Assembly: GCA_963766075.1 (NCBI GenBank)
Contig: CAVYAN010000079.1
Span: forward strand, 30,382-94,381
Length of the DNA: 64,000 nt
Direction: 5' to 3'
Origin: an uncultured cyanobacterium
Lineage (GTDB): Bacteria; Cyanobacteriota; Cyanobacteriia; Leptolyngbyales; Leptolyngbyaceae
Part shown: in pieces, positions 10,426-20,442 of the stretch
How the letters are laid out: each line of letters starts with the position of its first letter
How positions within the stretch are numbered: the stretch's first letter is position 1
The notes under the pieces: generated by a model
Seen by the model: the letters and a program-made list of their open reading frames with translations, nothing else
The model's database searches: none
What the model was told of the DNA's origin: nothing
Position numbers and translations under genes: made by a program

Positions 10426-12051
10426 TCACAGGGTGGCGGGCTGCCCAGAGACGACGGGGGCGATCGCGCTGAGTTTCAAATCGGGGTGATCGGACTGCAC
10501 TTGGCCCAAATTCCAATCATTGCGGAACAGCAGCACGGGACGATTCCAGCCGTCTTTCACTACAACGGTATTGAACAGGCGACCGACTTTTTCTAGAGCC
10601 TCCCAACCGTCTTCCACCCAACGGGCCACGCTGTAGGGCAGCATTTCGAGGCCAGTCTCAACGCCATATTCGTTTTGCAGACGAAACTGAACCACCTCAA
10701 ATTGCAGTTGGCCCACGGCAGCTAGGATGGGGTCACGCTTGGCCTCATCGGCGGAATACATAATTTGGACGGCACCTTCCTCCTGCAACTCTGTCACCCC
10801 TTTGCGAAACTGCTTGAACTTGGAGGGGTTGGGATTTTTCAGATAGGCAAACAGTTCCGGAGAAAAGCAGGGAATGCCCGCATATTCCAGCTTAGAGCCA
10901 ACATAGATGGTATCGCCGATCGCAAACATGCCTGGATTATTCAAACCAATCACATCGCCGGGATAGGCTTCATCAATCACTTCGCGATCCTGGGCAAAGA
11001 GCTTCTGGGGCCGAGACAGGCGAATACTCTTGCCAGTGCGGGCATGGCTGACTAGCATGTCCTTTTCAAACTTGCCGGAACAAACGCGGACAAAGGCGAT
11101 GCGATCGCGGTGCCGGGGATCCATATTCGCTTGCAGCTTAAACACAAAGCCGGAGAATTCCGGATAGCTGGGGGCAATTTCACCCTTGGTGCTGTCATGG
11201 GGACCGGGTTTCAGCGCATACTCCAAAAAAGTCTGGAGAAACAGCTCGACACCAAAGTTTGTCATGGCACTACCAAAGAAAATCGGGGTCATTTTCCCTT
11301 GGTGGACCAGATCTAAATCGACATCCGGAGCCACGCCTTCCAACAGTTCCAACTCATCTTTGAACTGGTAATACAGATCTTTTTCTAGGAGTTCTTCAAT
11401 CCGAGGATCACCCAATTCGAGAATGGTTTCGCGCGCTTCTTTGCGCCCGTGGACACTGCGCTCAAACAGATGAATTTGGCGGGCATGGCGATCAAAGACG
11501 CCCTTGAAGCGATCGCCCATCCCAATCGGCCAATTCACCACATAGGTTTGCAACCCCAATTCCTTTTCAATCTCGTCCAAAAGCTCCAAGGGCTCTCGCC
11601 CCGGACGATCCAACTTATTCACAAAGGTAAAAATCGGTAGGCCCCGCAGGCGACACACCTCAAATAACTTGCGCGTCTGCGGCTCCAAGCCCTTAGCAGC
11701 GTCAATTAGCATCACCGCATTGTCTGCGGCGGCCAACGTGCGATAGGTATCTTCACTAAAGTCTTGGTGTCCCGGCGTATCCAGCAGATTAATCTGACAA
11801 TCTTGGTAGGCAAACTGCAACACCGTCGAGGTAATCGAAATTCCCCGCTGCTTTTCCATTTCCATCCAGTCCGAGGTCGCATGGCGCTGCTCTCGGCGGG
11901 CTTTAACGGCCCCTGCCTCGTGGATTGCGCCTCCATACAGCAGCAGTTTTTCCGTCAGCGTGGTTTTACCAGCATCCGGGTGAGAGATGATGGCAAAATT
12001 ACGGCGACGATCAACCGCGCGTTTCAGTTCAGCTTGAAGTTCGGTGGACAT
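10426..12051 (-). CDS. prfC: Peptide chain release factor 3
   Basis: [28 protein letters not shown]; start refined to MSTEL. Confidence 0.97.
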   Translation of the reverse strand: MSTELQAELKRAVDRRRNFAIISHPDAGKTTLTEKLLLYGGAIHEAGAVKARREQRHATSDWMEMEKQRGISITSTVLQFAYQDCQINLLDTPGHQDFSEDTYRTLAAADNAVMLIDAAKGLEPQTRKLFEVCRLRGLPIFTFVNKLDRPGREPLELLDEIEKELGLQTYVVNWPIGMGDRFKGVFDRHARQIHLFERSVHGRKEARETILELGDPRIEELLEKDLYYQFKDELELLEGVAPDVDLDLVHQGKMTPIFFGSAMTNFGVELFLQTFLEYALKPGPHDSTKGEIAPSYPEFSGFVFKLQANMDPRHRDRIAFVRVCSGKFEKDMLVSHARTGKSIRLSRPQKLFAQDREVIDEAYPGDVIGLNNPGMFAIGDTIYVGSKLEYAGIPCFSPELFAYLKNPNPSKFKQFRKGVTELQEEGAVQIMYSADEAKRDPILAAVGQLQFEVVQFRLQNEYGVETGLEMLPYSVARWVEDGWEALEKVGRLFNTVVVKDGWNRPVLLFRNDWNLGQVQSDHPDLKLSAIAPVVSGQPATL

Positions 12052-12276
12052 GATGGGCGTTAACGGGAGGTTAGCTATTTTAAGGATAGCGGGAATTGGA
12101 GAAGCAGGATGCGTCCATCCAGGGAAGCGGGATGGGCCCATCCACCAGAGGCGAGGAGCAGGGCATAGCCCCCCTGGCTCCATTTACCCCACTGCCCCAT
12201 TAGTGAAATTCTGGGAACCTCGCTGTATAGTGGCACTGTAGGAAGAATTCTAGGTGACTTGGGGGTTGTTAATACG

Positions 12277-12690
12277 ATGCAAAGTCCTGAAACCTTTGAC
12301 AGCGATCAGCGCAAGCTGCTGTCGCTGTTGTGTCATGGGTCGATTTTTATTAGCTTAGCGATCGCGCCGATTGCGGTCCCCCTAGTGTTGCTATTTATCT
12401 CTACTGATCCCGTGGTCAAAAGCAATGCCAAAGAGGCCCTTAACTTTCACCTGAATATTTGGTTTTGGGCCGTGGTACTGGGCATTATCTTTTTTATCCC
12501 AGGACTAATTGCTGGCCTGCTGTCTTTCCTCACCTTTGGGCTATCAGGAATTTTATTTGGTATTTTGTTCGCGCCTTTGGCGCTGCTGGGTGCAGCTTGG
12601 CATTGGGGATTGCCAATTTTTGGAATTCTTCACTGTCTGGCCAATTCTGATGAGCCCTATCGCTATCCGTTTATTGTGCGGGTGCTGTAG
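12277..12690 (+). CDS. DUF4870 (Tic20-like) membrane protein
   Basis: AKEALNFHL, three TM segments, C-terminal YRYPFI. Confidence 0.85.
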   Translation: MQSPETFDSDQRKLLSLLCHGSIFISLAIAPIAVPLVLLFISTDPVVKSNAKEALNFHLNIWFWAVVLGIIFFIPGLIAGLLSFLTFGLSGILFGILFAPLALLGAAWHWGLPIFGILHCLANSDEPYRYPFIVRVL

Positions 12691-12748
12691 GGGGGCGGGT
12701 TACTGTAGAGGCGGTTACCGTAGACTGGGTGCTCTCAGGTGGGCACCC

Positions 12749-12785
12749 AAAAAAATTGCTCCGCGACCCAGATTTCGCGGAGCAG
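12749..12785 (-). terminator. Intrinsic terminator on the minus strand
   Basis: Stem TGCTCCGCG/CGCGGAGCA followed by a T7 run on the minus strand. Confidence 0.8.
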
Positions 12786-13072
12786 TGAAGTACAGTTAAA
12801 CGCTCACTTACGATTATTAGCGAAAACCTAAAGTTCTGCATCTGCCATGTGACAGTTTTCTAAAAGCCGCTAGCCGGTCTAAAATCTTAAGTTTTTGCCA
12901 GAACGTCAAAAACTTGAAGCTTTGCGAATTCATAAAATACCCACACCCGAGCTGCAACTGCACTCAGTCCTTATCCGTTGGTCGTTGGAGTGAGCGCAGC
13001 CGACATCTACCTTTGAGAGTCAGGAGGCTTTTTGAAGGGAGACTTTTTGAAAGGATTCTCCTGTTCAAGCTT

Positions 13073-13181
13073 GCTCCCTGAGCGCAGTCGAAGGGAGCGA
13101 TCTCTCGCTGGATGCGCGTAGCCGTAGTCCGCTTTCCGCAGGGTAATCAGCAGGTCTATTATTTGTTGGAAATTGCCTTAG
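13073..13181. mobile_element. Truncated MITE copy (right end) with an internal REP-like hairpin; its terminal sequence supplies the glmM stop codon
   Basis: Similar to 47000-47112 (…atctctcgctgg…gccgtagt…cagcaggt.tattatttgt..gaaat.gccttag); left TIR not found. Confidence 0.7.
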
Positions 13182-14758
13182 GCCGTCGCAACGGCTAAAT
13201 GCCGCTGGACAACCGTGACTAATTCTTCTGTCCAGTGATTGACCATCTCGTCCGTGGCTGCCTCAACCATGACGCGAATCACCGGTTCGGTACCCGACGC
13301 CCGTACCAGGATTCGTCCTTGATCACCCATCCCTGCTTCAGCATTCGCGATCGCCTGCTGGACAGGCTCACAATCTTTCCAGTTCAGGCGGCGATCGCGA
13401 TCGTCCACCCGGACGTTTTTGAGCAGTTGGGGATAGGTCTGAAAACTGTCATCCACCAGATCGGATAGGGAGCCTTCCGCCTGCTGGACCAAAGCCGCCA
13501 GGTGCAGTGCCGTCATTAGGCCGTCCCCACTCACGCCGTAATGGGGACAAAGAATATGTCCCGACTGCTCACCCCCCAGCATAGAACCATGGCGCAGCAT
13601 CTCTGCATGGACATACTGGTCGCCTACCGCTGCCCGGATTAAGGTGCCGCCTTGGCCCGTCCAAGCGCGCTCAAAACCCAAGTTGGACATAACGGTGGCC
13701 ACAATGGTATTGCCGGGAAGCTTGGCTTGGTGCCGCAGGGTTTGCCCCCACAAATAGAGAATGTAGTCGCCATCAACGGTACGCCCCTGACCATCGACCG
13801 CCAAGACCCGATCAGCATCACCATCAAAGGCAAATCCAATGTGGGCGTTGTGAGCCTGCACAGCGGCCTGTAATGCCCCTAGGTGGGTAGACCCGCAATT
13901 GACATTAATGCGATCGCCATCCGGTTGGTCATGCAGACAGATCACCTCTTTGGCCCCCATCTGCTGGAATACGCGGGGAGCCACATGGGCTGCCGCCCCC
14001 CAAGCCAAATCCAAGACAATACGCAATCCCTTGAGCGGCAGGCCATTTCCTTGTAAGGGCTCTTGAACCGCCATCAAATAATCATTCACCAACTCCGGAC
14101 GATGGTGATGGCGGCCACAGCGGCCTACCTGGATCTGCGGCAATTCAACTCTATTGCCCCGCAATGCCGCCTCTATCTGGGCCTGAAACTCTAGGGCTAA
14201 TTTGCTGCCATCATGCCCAAAAAACTTAATCCCATTGTCTTCTGGCGGATTGTGACTGGCAGAGATCATCACACCGCCGATCGCGCCAGACTTATGGGTT
14301 AAATTAGCCACGCCGGGAGTGGGACATAGCCCCAAATCCCAAACTTCCAATCCCGCCGCCGTCAACCCAGCGGACAGCGCCATCGCTAGCATGCTGCTAG
14401 AATTGCGAGAATCCTGACCAATAATCACAGGGCCAATGGCAGAACCGCTGGTCTGCAAGACTTGACCCGCCCAAAAGCCAATTTGCAGCGCCAGAGGTGC
14501 GGTTAATAAATCACCTGCCCGCCCGCGAATCCCGTCCGTACCAAATAATCGACTGGCAGGCAAGTCTAATCCTCCCCACCCAGAAGCCAAGCGCGCCTGA
14601 GTCAATGCAATCTGCGGTGATACCTGAGATGATTCCGCCGTTAGTATCCCTGCCGAGTCTCCTTTCAGGACCGATGCTGCGGGCACTTCTACCGCAGCAA
14701 TCGCTGCTCCAGCAGCCGAATTATGAAGTTCATGCATCCGAACTGGCGACGAAACCAT
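13178..14758 (-). CDS. glmM: Phosphoglucosamine mutase
   Basis: [37 protein letters not shown]. Confidence 0.96.
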   Translation of the reverse strand: MVSSPVRMHELHNSAAGAAIAAVEVPAASVLKGDSAGILTAESSQVSPQIALTQARLASGWGGLDLPASRLFGTDGIRGRAGDLLTAPLALQIGFWAGQVLQTSGSAIGPVIIGQDSRNSSSMLAMALSAGLTAAGLEVWDLGLCPTPGVANLTHKSGAIGGVMISASHNPPEDNGIKFFGHDGSKLALEFQAQIEAALRGNRVELPQIQVGRCGRHHHRPELVNDYLMAVQEPLQGNGLPLKGLRIVLDLAWGAAAHVAPRVFQQMGAKEVICLHDQPDGDRINVNCGSTHLGALQAAVQAHNAHIGFAFDGDADRVLAVDGQGRTVDGDYILYLWGQTLRHQAKLPGNTIVATVMSNLGFERAWTGQGGTLIRAAVGDQYVHAEMLRHGSMLGGEQSGHILCPHYGVSGDGLMTALHLAALVQQAEGSLSDLVDDSFQTYPQLLKNVRVDDRDRRLNWKDCEPVQQAIANAEAGMGDQGRILVRASGTEPVIRVMVEAATDEMVNHWTEELVTVVQRHLAVATA

Positions 14759-14846
14759 AGAGGCCCCCTTACACAACACACAACGCGAACAATAACATTT
14801 TCTTCATCATTCGTTGCGTTAACTGTCTAAGTTATTCCCCAAATCT

Positions 14847-15139
14847 TCATACACCAACTTCTAATAACAAAATTTGTACAGTTTCCCAGGTCAACGCTTG
14901 ATCCAAGTATTGCGGATGCTGGGGATTATACGGAGCCTGGAGGCGGCGATCGCAACAATTTCTGCCCCCTCCGGCAGCACAGCCACATCTGGATCAAATG
15001 CCGTCGGTTTCATTAGCGAACTGGAAAACCCCTTAAACACCAAAATCTCATCCATGACGCCATTCACTCGCGCCGTCACCACCAACACTTCCTGCCGGCG
15101 CTTTGTCGTATATTGCTCTAACCGCTCTAAAGGAGACAT
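14847..15139 (-). CDS. Conserved cyanobacterial hypothetical protein, frameshifted near 14945 in this sequence
   Basis: RLEQYT..RQEVL...FKGFSSSLMKPT; adding one base restores AIDRLQAPYNPQHPQYLDQALTWE...EVGV*. Confidence 0.7.
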
Positions 15140-15234
15140 TCCAGAACATCCAAAAATCGACATTTGCACGGCGACATCTGAACATCAACCCAGTGGCCTC
15201 AATCCAGTGGCCTCAATCTAGACAGTGCCGCACG

Positions 15235-15837
15235 CTACTGCTCCAACGCTGATCGCCCCTGCTTGCCCAACCGTACAAACACAAAATAAGCCAGATAGAG
15301 CGCGTATACAACCAGTCCAACAATTCCCAAGAAGGCCAGGAAAAAGGGCTTGGTCGTCGAATGAAAAATTTCGCGAAAGGCCCAAGGCACCTCTAACCAG
15401 GGACGGCAAAAGCCGTCTCCTCGGACCGCTTCCGAACTCATCAGTGCACAGCGCAACATGGGAATCTGGACCAACACTCCCAAGGCACAATACAGCGATA
15501 GAGCCCAGCGCCAAGCCATAAAGCCCAACTTTAATTGGCTATCTGGCTGCTCCGCAATTTCTTCATTCAAATCGACCCAAAACCACAGCGACACCGGAAT
15601 CAAAATCCGTGCCAACCAGCCCGTCACAAAACCAATGGGCAAAGCCCCCATGAGCAGGTAAACCGTAATTGCCAGCAAACTTGCAACCCGCCAGTAAATC
15701 AGCAGCAACTTCTGAATGCCTTCCGTCTTTTGCACCAGCGCCCAAATCATCAGCGCCAAAGGCACGAATACCGTAAACAGGAGCGCCAATCGGTACTCGG
15801 TCCAAACGTAGGTAGAAAACCAGGAAGGGGTAGGCAT
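15235..15837 (-). CDS. DUF3177 membrane protein
   Basis: VWTEYRLA, YWRVASLL, LWFWVDLNEEI, RLGKQGRSA. Confidence 0.85.
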   Translation of the reverse strand: MPTPSWFSTYVWTEYRLALLFTVFVPLALMIWALVQKTEGIQKLLLIYWRVASLLAITVYLLMGALPIGFVTGWLARILIPVSLWFWVDLNEEIAEQPDSQLKLGFMAWRWALSLYCALGVLVQIPMLRCALMSSEAVRGDGFCRPWLEVPWAFREIFHSTTKPFFLAFLGIVGLVVYALYLAYFVFVRLGKQGRSALEQ

Positions 15838-15890
15838 GGGAAAGGAGAAAATGGGGTTTACTGGGGATTAGCTAAGGTGAAGGGGCACTA

Positions 15891-15975
15891 AAAATTGGCG
15901 CACTGTAAAAATTGGCGCACTGTAAAAATTGGCACGCAGTGGAAATTGGCGCGGTAGAAATTGGTGCACAGTGGA
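15891..15975. repeat. Degenerate ~18-bp tandem repeat (AAAATTGGCGCACTGTA), about five units
   Basis: Seen directly; no spacers between units. Confidence 0.8.
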
Positions 15976-16002
15976 CAATAACCCAAAGAAAAACAGGTCG
16001 CC

Positions 16003-16049
16003 AAAAAAACAAGTAGCCGAGTGCCATTTAAGCACCCTTGCTACTTGTT
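16003..16049 (-). terminator. Probable intrinsic terminator of cp12
   Basis: Stem AACAAGTAGC/GCTACTTGTT with an adjacent T-run on the minus strand. Confidence 0.65.
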
Positions 16050-16112
16050 CAGTGCAAAACTTTTGTTGAAAAGGGCAGAGGATTGTCTTTCACCTGCCGA
16101 TGAACCGATGCA

Positions 16113-16334
16113 CTAATCGTCGTAAAGACGGCACTCGTCTGCTTCTGGGTTGTCATCGCAATATTTTTCCAGGGATGTCTTTTTGACCGCTTGCTTTTGA
16201 TGAGATGCTTCAGCTTGAAGCTCTTCAACAGCATCCCAAGCTGCAGCACATGCAGCCGAATCGGCACCATTGACATCGCAAGCGGCACGGGCTTGCTCGA
16301 GCTCTTCTGCAATCTTTTCTTGAATATCACTCAT
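16113..16334 (-). CDS. cp12: Calvin cycle regulatory protein CP12 (both N- and C-terminal Cys pairs)
   Basis: AWDAVEEL core motif, YCDDNPEADECRLYDD. Confidence 0.96.
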   Translation of the reverse strand: MSDIQEKIAEELEQARAACDVNGADSAACAAAWDAVEELQAEASHQKQAVKKTSLEKYCDDNPEADECRLYDD

Positions 16335-16744
16335 GAATTTTAATTCCTGTCACGCTCGTCAAAACGGAAGTGTCCACCTCTAATATTAGCTTCCTAGACG
16401 ATGTTCCGCTAGGGGAACCCTGCGAGACCCCACAAGGATACGCCTTTTCCTGGAAGTCGTGGGAGTTTCCAGCTACTCTGATAGGGAGAACGGTGCACAC
16501 AATCAGTCAGTGCACACAATCAGTCAGTCGCATGGCTTGCGTGGGCTACGGCTGGTTTAGGAGGTGCAGAGGTAAAAAATACCGATGGCAGCGGGACTGC
16601 GTTGATCCTGGGTGAGGTATTTCCGCTAGCCTGCATGGGTAACTGAGCCGCCGATCCAATTTCCTGGCCTGGGAGTTTGCCCACAAACACTTGCCCAGAG
16701 ACAACTGTCTGCCTACAATCAACTGTCTGCATAAAGGGGATTCT

Positions 16745-18016
16745 ATGACTGCTGCATCCAATCATCACGCTATGCAATGGGTCAGTGCTTTATCCACCCG
16801 TCCATCTTTGGAGGCAGCGGTGGCAGAGGTGGTTCAGCGGGCCCAAGTCGCGCTGAACTATGCCCCAGTGGATTTAGGGTTAATCTTTATTTCAGCCGCT
16901 TTCGCCAGTGAATATTCACGCTTAATGCCTTTACTAGAAGAAAAGCTGCCGGGTGTACCGTTGATTGGCTGTAGCGGGGGCGGAGTGGTTGGGATGGACC
17001 CCCATGGTCAGGCTAGAGAAATGGAGGGGGAGGCAGCCCTGAGTCTCACCTTAGCCTCGCTGCCCGGAGTTACTGTGCGGACTTTTTATTTGGGGGCAGA
17101 AGATTTGCCGGATTTAGATGCACCTCCCCAGGCTTGGGTCGATGTTGTGGGGGCGAATCCAGCGGATAACCCGCAGTTTATTTTGTTAGCCGATCCGTTT
17201 ACGACCCGGCTGAATGATTTGCTCCAGGGGTTGGATTTTGCATATGCGGGGGCCGCCAAAGTGGGGGGACTGGCTAGCACAGGTGGAGTGGGCAGTCATC
17301 AAACCAGTTTGTTTTGCAACTATTCCTTACATCGTGAGGGGACTGTGGGGGTGGCGCTGAGCGGGCCGATTGTTGTGGAAACGATTGTGGCTCAGGGGTG
17401 CCGTCCGATTGGAGAACCCTATCTAGTGAAAGAGTCGGAGCGAAATATTCTAGTGGAGTTGGATCCCCAGGTACTGGATGAAGCCGGGGAAGTCTGTACG
17501 ATCGCCTCGTCCCAGACTCCCCTGAAATTGCTCCAAGAGTTGGTTCAACAGTTGGATGAGAGCGATCGCCAGTTGGCCCAAACGTCTTTGTTTGTGGGCA
17601 TTGCCCAGAGTGAATTTAAGCTGAAGTTGGATGCGGGGGATTTTCTGATTCGGCAGTTGATTGGGGTCGATCCAAAAACGGGAGCGCTGGCGATTGGCGA
17701 TCGCATTCGCCCTGGACAGCGCATTCAATTCCACCTGCGGGATGCCAAAGCGTCTGCTTTGGATCTGGAAACGCTGCTCAAACGCTACCGCAGTCAATCC
17801 CTGGATCGGCCCAGTCCGGTGGGGGCGCTCTTGTTTTCCTGCCTGGGGCGGGGGGAAAATCTGTACAACCAGCCTGACTTTGACTCTGCCCTATTCCGCG
17901 ACTATATTGACGTACCCGTGAGCGGTTTTTTCTGTAACGGAGAAATTGGTCCCGTTGGAGGAAGCACCTTCTTACACGGATTTACTTCGGTGTTTGGGAT
18001 TTTTCGACAGCCATAG
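16745..18016 (+). CDS. FIST N/C domain signal-transduction protein
   Basis: LIGCSGGGVVG, VAQGCRPIG, FSCLGRG, GFFCNGEIGP. Confidence 0.9.
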   Translation: MTAASNHHAMQWVSALSTRPSLEAAVAEVVQRAQVALNYAPVDLGLIFISAAFASEYSRLMPLLEEKLPGVPLIGCSGGGVVGMDPHGQAREMEGEAALSLTLASLPGVTVRTFYLGAEDLPDLDAPPQAWVDVVGANPADNPQFILLADPFTTRLNDLLQGLDFAYAGAAKVGGLASTGGVGSHQTSLFCNYSLHREGTVGVALSGPIVVETIVAQGCRPIGEPYLVKESERNILVELDPQVLDEAGEVCTIASSQTPLKLLQELVQQLDESDRQLAQTSLFVGIAQSEFKLKLDAGDFLIRQLIGVDPKTGALAIGDRIRPGQRIQFHLRDAKASALDLETLLKRYRSQSLDRPSPVGALLFSCLGRGENLYNQPDFDSALFRDYIDVPVSGFFCNGEIGPVGGSTFLHGFTSVFGIFRQP

Positions 18017-19197
18017 CGTTTTCCTTGTCTCCTGAAGGCTCCCAGCTATGCGGCCTTAAAGGAAGTGAGACGACATTATCAATGGCCTGCGCTTGCCCTG
18101 CTTTGTCGATCGCCCCAAAGGCTTCAAAGTAGCGCTGGGCCGACTCCGGAAAATGGGAAAAGTCAAACACCGTATCGCCATTGGCCACGTCTGCCCAGAA
18201 GTAGCGGAGATCGGGCAGGAGCCTTTCGGCTTCGGTCAACGAAAAACTCAGCGGCGGTTGCGTCAACAGTTGCTGCATAAAGGGGAGCGATCGCTCCCCC
18301 GATCCAATTCCGCGAGGTCGCTTGCAAGTCTGCCCAGTTGGGCAGAGTCTTGACCCGGCCCGACTCGATGTGCAAACAGCCCTGACCGGAGTGATCCATT
18401 TGCAGATTCAACACCCGATAGGGATGGGGATAACTCACCAATGATCCTGTAGTAATCTCGTAAAGCCCCTCACAGCCCGCCACATCCTGCACATGCAGAT
18501 GGCCCGTGAACACCAGCTCCACCCCAAATGTTTGCAGAATCGACCGCAATTCTGGCGCATTGGCCAGCATGTAGCGTCGTCCTAGGGGATGCCGCGACTG
18601 ATTCGGCAAATGTTCGACTACGTTGTGATGGATCATGACCAAAATCAGATCCTGGGGATAGGTGCTTAATACCGTCTGTAGCCACTCCAACTGCGCGGCA
18701 TCCACCCGACCAATTTGCTCCCCTTCGGCGGTAAATTGAGTGGAGTTCAGCCCAATCAGGCGAAGACCGGGAAGCAGTTCCTGGGTATAGTAAAGCTGAT
18801 CCGTTTGGGCATAGCCACAGTGGCGATAGTAGTCCGGGAAGTCGGATATCCCAATCGAAGCAGTATCCCGCAGCAGTACGGGCACATCGTGATTACCGGG
18901 AACCACATAGACGGGATAGGGCAGCTTGGCAAGGCGCTGGGACAGCCAATGATGATTATCGGGTTCCCCATGCTGAGTCAAGTCTCCGGGCAACAGCAAA
19001 AAATCTAAAGCCAGATCCTGGAGCTGCTCCAGGATGATTTCTAAGGCGGGAATACTCACTTCGACCAAATGGAAACGACTGGGGTGATCCCAAACGGTTT
19101 GCGGCAATGCAATATGCAGATCACTGATAATGGCAAAGCGGCAATTCAGCGGCAGGTGATTCGGAGAGGAAGCATTCAGGAAGCAATTCGGGCTCAT
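17982..19197 (-). CDS. Calcineurin-like metallophosphoesterase, frameshifted at the G-run 18296-18300
   Basis: SDLH, GDLT, PGNHD, HHN, GHLH; removing one G joins ORF 18163-19197 to ORF 17982-18278. Confidence 0.85.
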
Positions 19198-19223
19198 GGA
19201 TTTGGCGGTGTTTTAATCCTATT

Positions 19224-19278
19224 GTGATTCGTGATGAGTGATTCGTGATGAGTGATTCGTGATGAGTGATTCGTGATA
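19224..19278. repeat. 14-bp tandem repeat GTGATTCGTGATGA x4
   Basis: Seen directly in the divergent promoter region. Confidence 0.9.
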
Positions 19279-19321
19279 GGGTAGCCAACTCAGTCGGTGG
19301 CGAATTTCAGGAGGACGCGTT

Positions 19322-19954
19322 TTGTCGTTTGTGCGTGTGCGAGAACATGTCAATCCCTTATCCCGTAAATATCAGACTCCGGTGGTCCCTCCGGATTGGC
19401 GGGAGATTTATGAGAATCAGAGTCTGCCGCTGCATCTAGATGTGGGCTGTGGGCGGGGCCGATTTATTCTGCAAATGGCGCAGCAATACGCAGATTGGAA
19501 CTTTTTGGGATTGGAAATTCGCGAGCCACTCGTGGACCAAGCCCAGGAGTGGCGAGATGAGTTAGGACTCAGCAACCTACATTACTTATTTTGCAACGCG
19601 AATAATTCGGTGCGGCTATTGCTGGAGTCTTTACCGGCTGGGGCGTTGCATCGGGTGTCGATTCAGTTTCCTGATCCGTGGTTTAAGCGGAAGCAGCAGA
19701 AGCGGCGGGTGGTGCAACCCGGTTTGGTGGAGGATATTGCGGCGTTTTTGGTGCCGGGAGGGACCGTGTTTATTCAGTCGGATGTGCTGGAGGTGGCCGT
19801 GGAAATGCGCGATCGCTTCGAGGAGCACCCGGCTTTCCAACGCCAACACCCCGATTGGCTCCTGGAAAACCCGCTGCATGTCCCCACAGAGCGAGAGGCA
19901 TCGACTCTGGAACGGGGAGAACCGGTGTATCGGGCCGTATTTAAGAAGGGGTAA
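19322..19954 (+). CDS. trmB: tRNA (guanine46-N7)-methyltransferase
   Basis: RVREHVNPL, LDVGCGRG, GLEIR, FPDPWFK; AGGAGG RBS before a TTG start. Confidence 0.95.
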   Translation: MSFVRVREHVNPLSRKYQTPVVPPDWREIYENQSLPLHLDVGCGRGRFILQMAQQYADWNFLGLEIREPLVDQAQEWRDELGLSNLHYLFCNANNSVRLLLESLPAGALHRVSIQFPDPWFKRKQQKRRVVQPGLVEDIAAFLVPGGTVFIQSDVLEVAVEMRDRFEEHPAFQRQHPDWLLENPLHVPTEREASTLERGEPVYRAVFKKG

Positions 19955-20007
19955 TGCGGCAATGAACGGCTTACATCTTCTCTCTGAGGGGTTCTACCTG
20001 AGGAGTT

Positions 20008-20439
20008 CTACCTGAGGGGAGTCACAGCGGGCAAGCTGGCCTCTAGCTTCAGGCAATTTAACCCATTCACATGCAGTTGGTATTCGACCTTATCCATGAG
20101 GCGATGCAGGATGAGCCAGCCATAGCCACCCTCTTGTTTCGCATCGGGTGCAGGCGGAAGGTAGGCATTAATATCGAAGCCGCCCCCCTGATCCCAAATT
20201 TCTAGGGCAATGTCCCGATCTTTAAGTTCCAGTCGAATTAAAATGGGCAAATTGGGTTGCTCGCGGTGGGCGTGGCGGACCACATTAGAATAGGCTTCCA
20301 CCAAAACTAGGCGGAGGCGGCTGGCTTGACAGGTCCAGTCCACTTGATCGCCAACTTCAAGTTCCAGGCTGCTCAGGAGCCAGGTTTCAACGATGTGGAG
20401 GAAGCGGATGTCGCTGGGGACACGCAGTTCGGTTTTCAT
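20008..20439 (-). CDS. Anti-sigma regulatory factor, RsbW/SpoIIAB-like Ser kinase
   Basis: EAYSNVVRHA, WDQGGGFD, EGGYGW (HATPase_c_2 boxes). Confidence 0.9.
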   Translation of the reverse strand: MKTELRVPSDIRFLHIVETWLLSSLELEVGDQVDWTCQASRLRLVLVEAYSNVVRHAHREQPNLPILIRLELKDRDIALEIWDQGGGFDINAYLPPAPDAKQEGGYGWLILHRLMDKVEYQLHVNGLNCLKLEASLPAVTPLR

Positions 20440-20442
20440 AGC

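Noticed and set aside
15891..15975. Repeat array as a CRISPR
   Set aside because: Units are ~18 bp, degenerate and contiguous, with no unique spacers and no cas genes in the window
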